A DNA stretch of 51,335 bases from Basidiobolus meristosporus CBS 931.73 (Eukaryota; Fungi; Basidiobolomycota), in the NCBI GenBank assembly GCA_002104905.1, contig MCFE01000632.1, forward strand, positions 1 to 51,335, in the 5' to 3' direction. Both the position numbers and the translations under genes were made by a program. Under the pieces are notes generated by a model, which saw only the letters and a list, made by a program, of their open reading frames with translations, did not search any database and was not told where the DNA came from. Positions 51,193 to 51,335 of this stretch are shown here, piece by piece; the stretch's first letter is position 1, and every line of letters begins with the position of its first letter.

Positions 51193-51335
51193 TGTCATGA
51201 TCACATGACAACCATGAACACCCCATGCCAAGTTTCAGCTTCCCAGCTCAATTTCTAAAGAGATTCCTTCCGGAACCTTCTACCACCTTCCAGAAAGTTC
51301 CTGACCATTCCAAAACCATTGTTACACAATGGAAC

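Larger units (their letters stand above)
46219..51335 (+). mobile_element. Ty3/Gypsy chromovirus B, copy 2 (aberrant 111-bp 5' end; 3' LTR from 51193 runs off the window)
   Basis: Near-identical to B1 internal region. PBS, leader, gag, pol and PPT are all present. Confidence 0.96.

Overview
Eukaryotic, probably fungal, transposon-saturated and strongly CpG-depleted DNA. I can support no host gene; the organism cannot be named from sequence alone. From left to right: (i) a five-level nest in which a degenerate CACTA/EnSpm-like element (Y0) is interrupted by a full-length copy of its own family (Y1, 1300-17390), which holds a solo LTR (A2), which holds a Ty3/Gypsy chromovirus (B1, 4008-13529), whose 3' LTR holds a young gag-protease-only LTR element (A, 4050-7666); (ii) decayed Ty1/Copia elements, further CACTA fragments, a MITE and three fragments of a non-chromodomain Gypsy family (E); (iii) a PIF/Harbinger-ISL2EU-type DDE_Tnp_4 element in two copies; (iv) a nearly intact second chromovirus copy (B2, 46219 to window end) with an aberrant fold-back 5' end. 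The most notable signals are apparent CpG-centred (RCGG) 4-bp target selection by LTR family A, a ~305-315-nt helix-closed leader module shared by two unrelated LTR lineages, Tf1-type self-priming, a fold-back U5 end, and a -1 frameshift signal with a candidate long-loop pseudoknot. All alignments and pairings were read by eye. Boundaries of old fragments are approximate.
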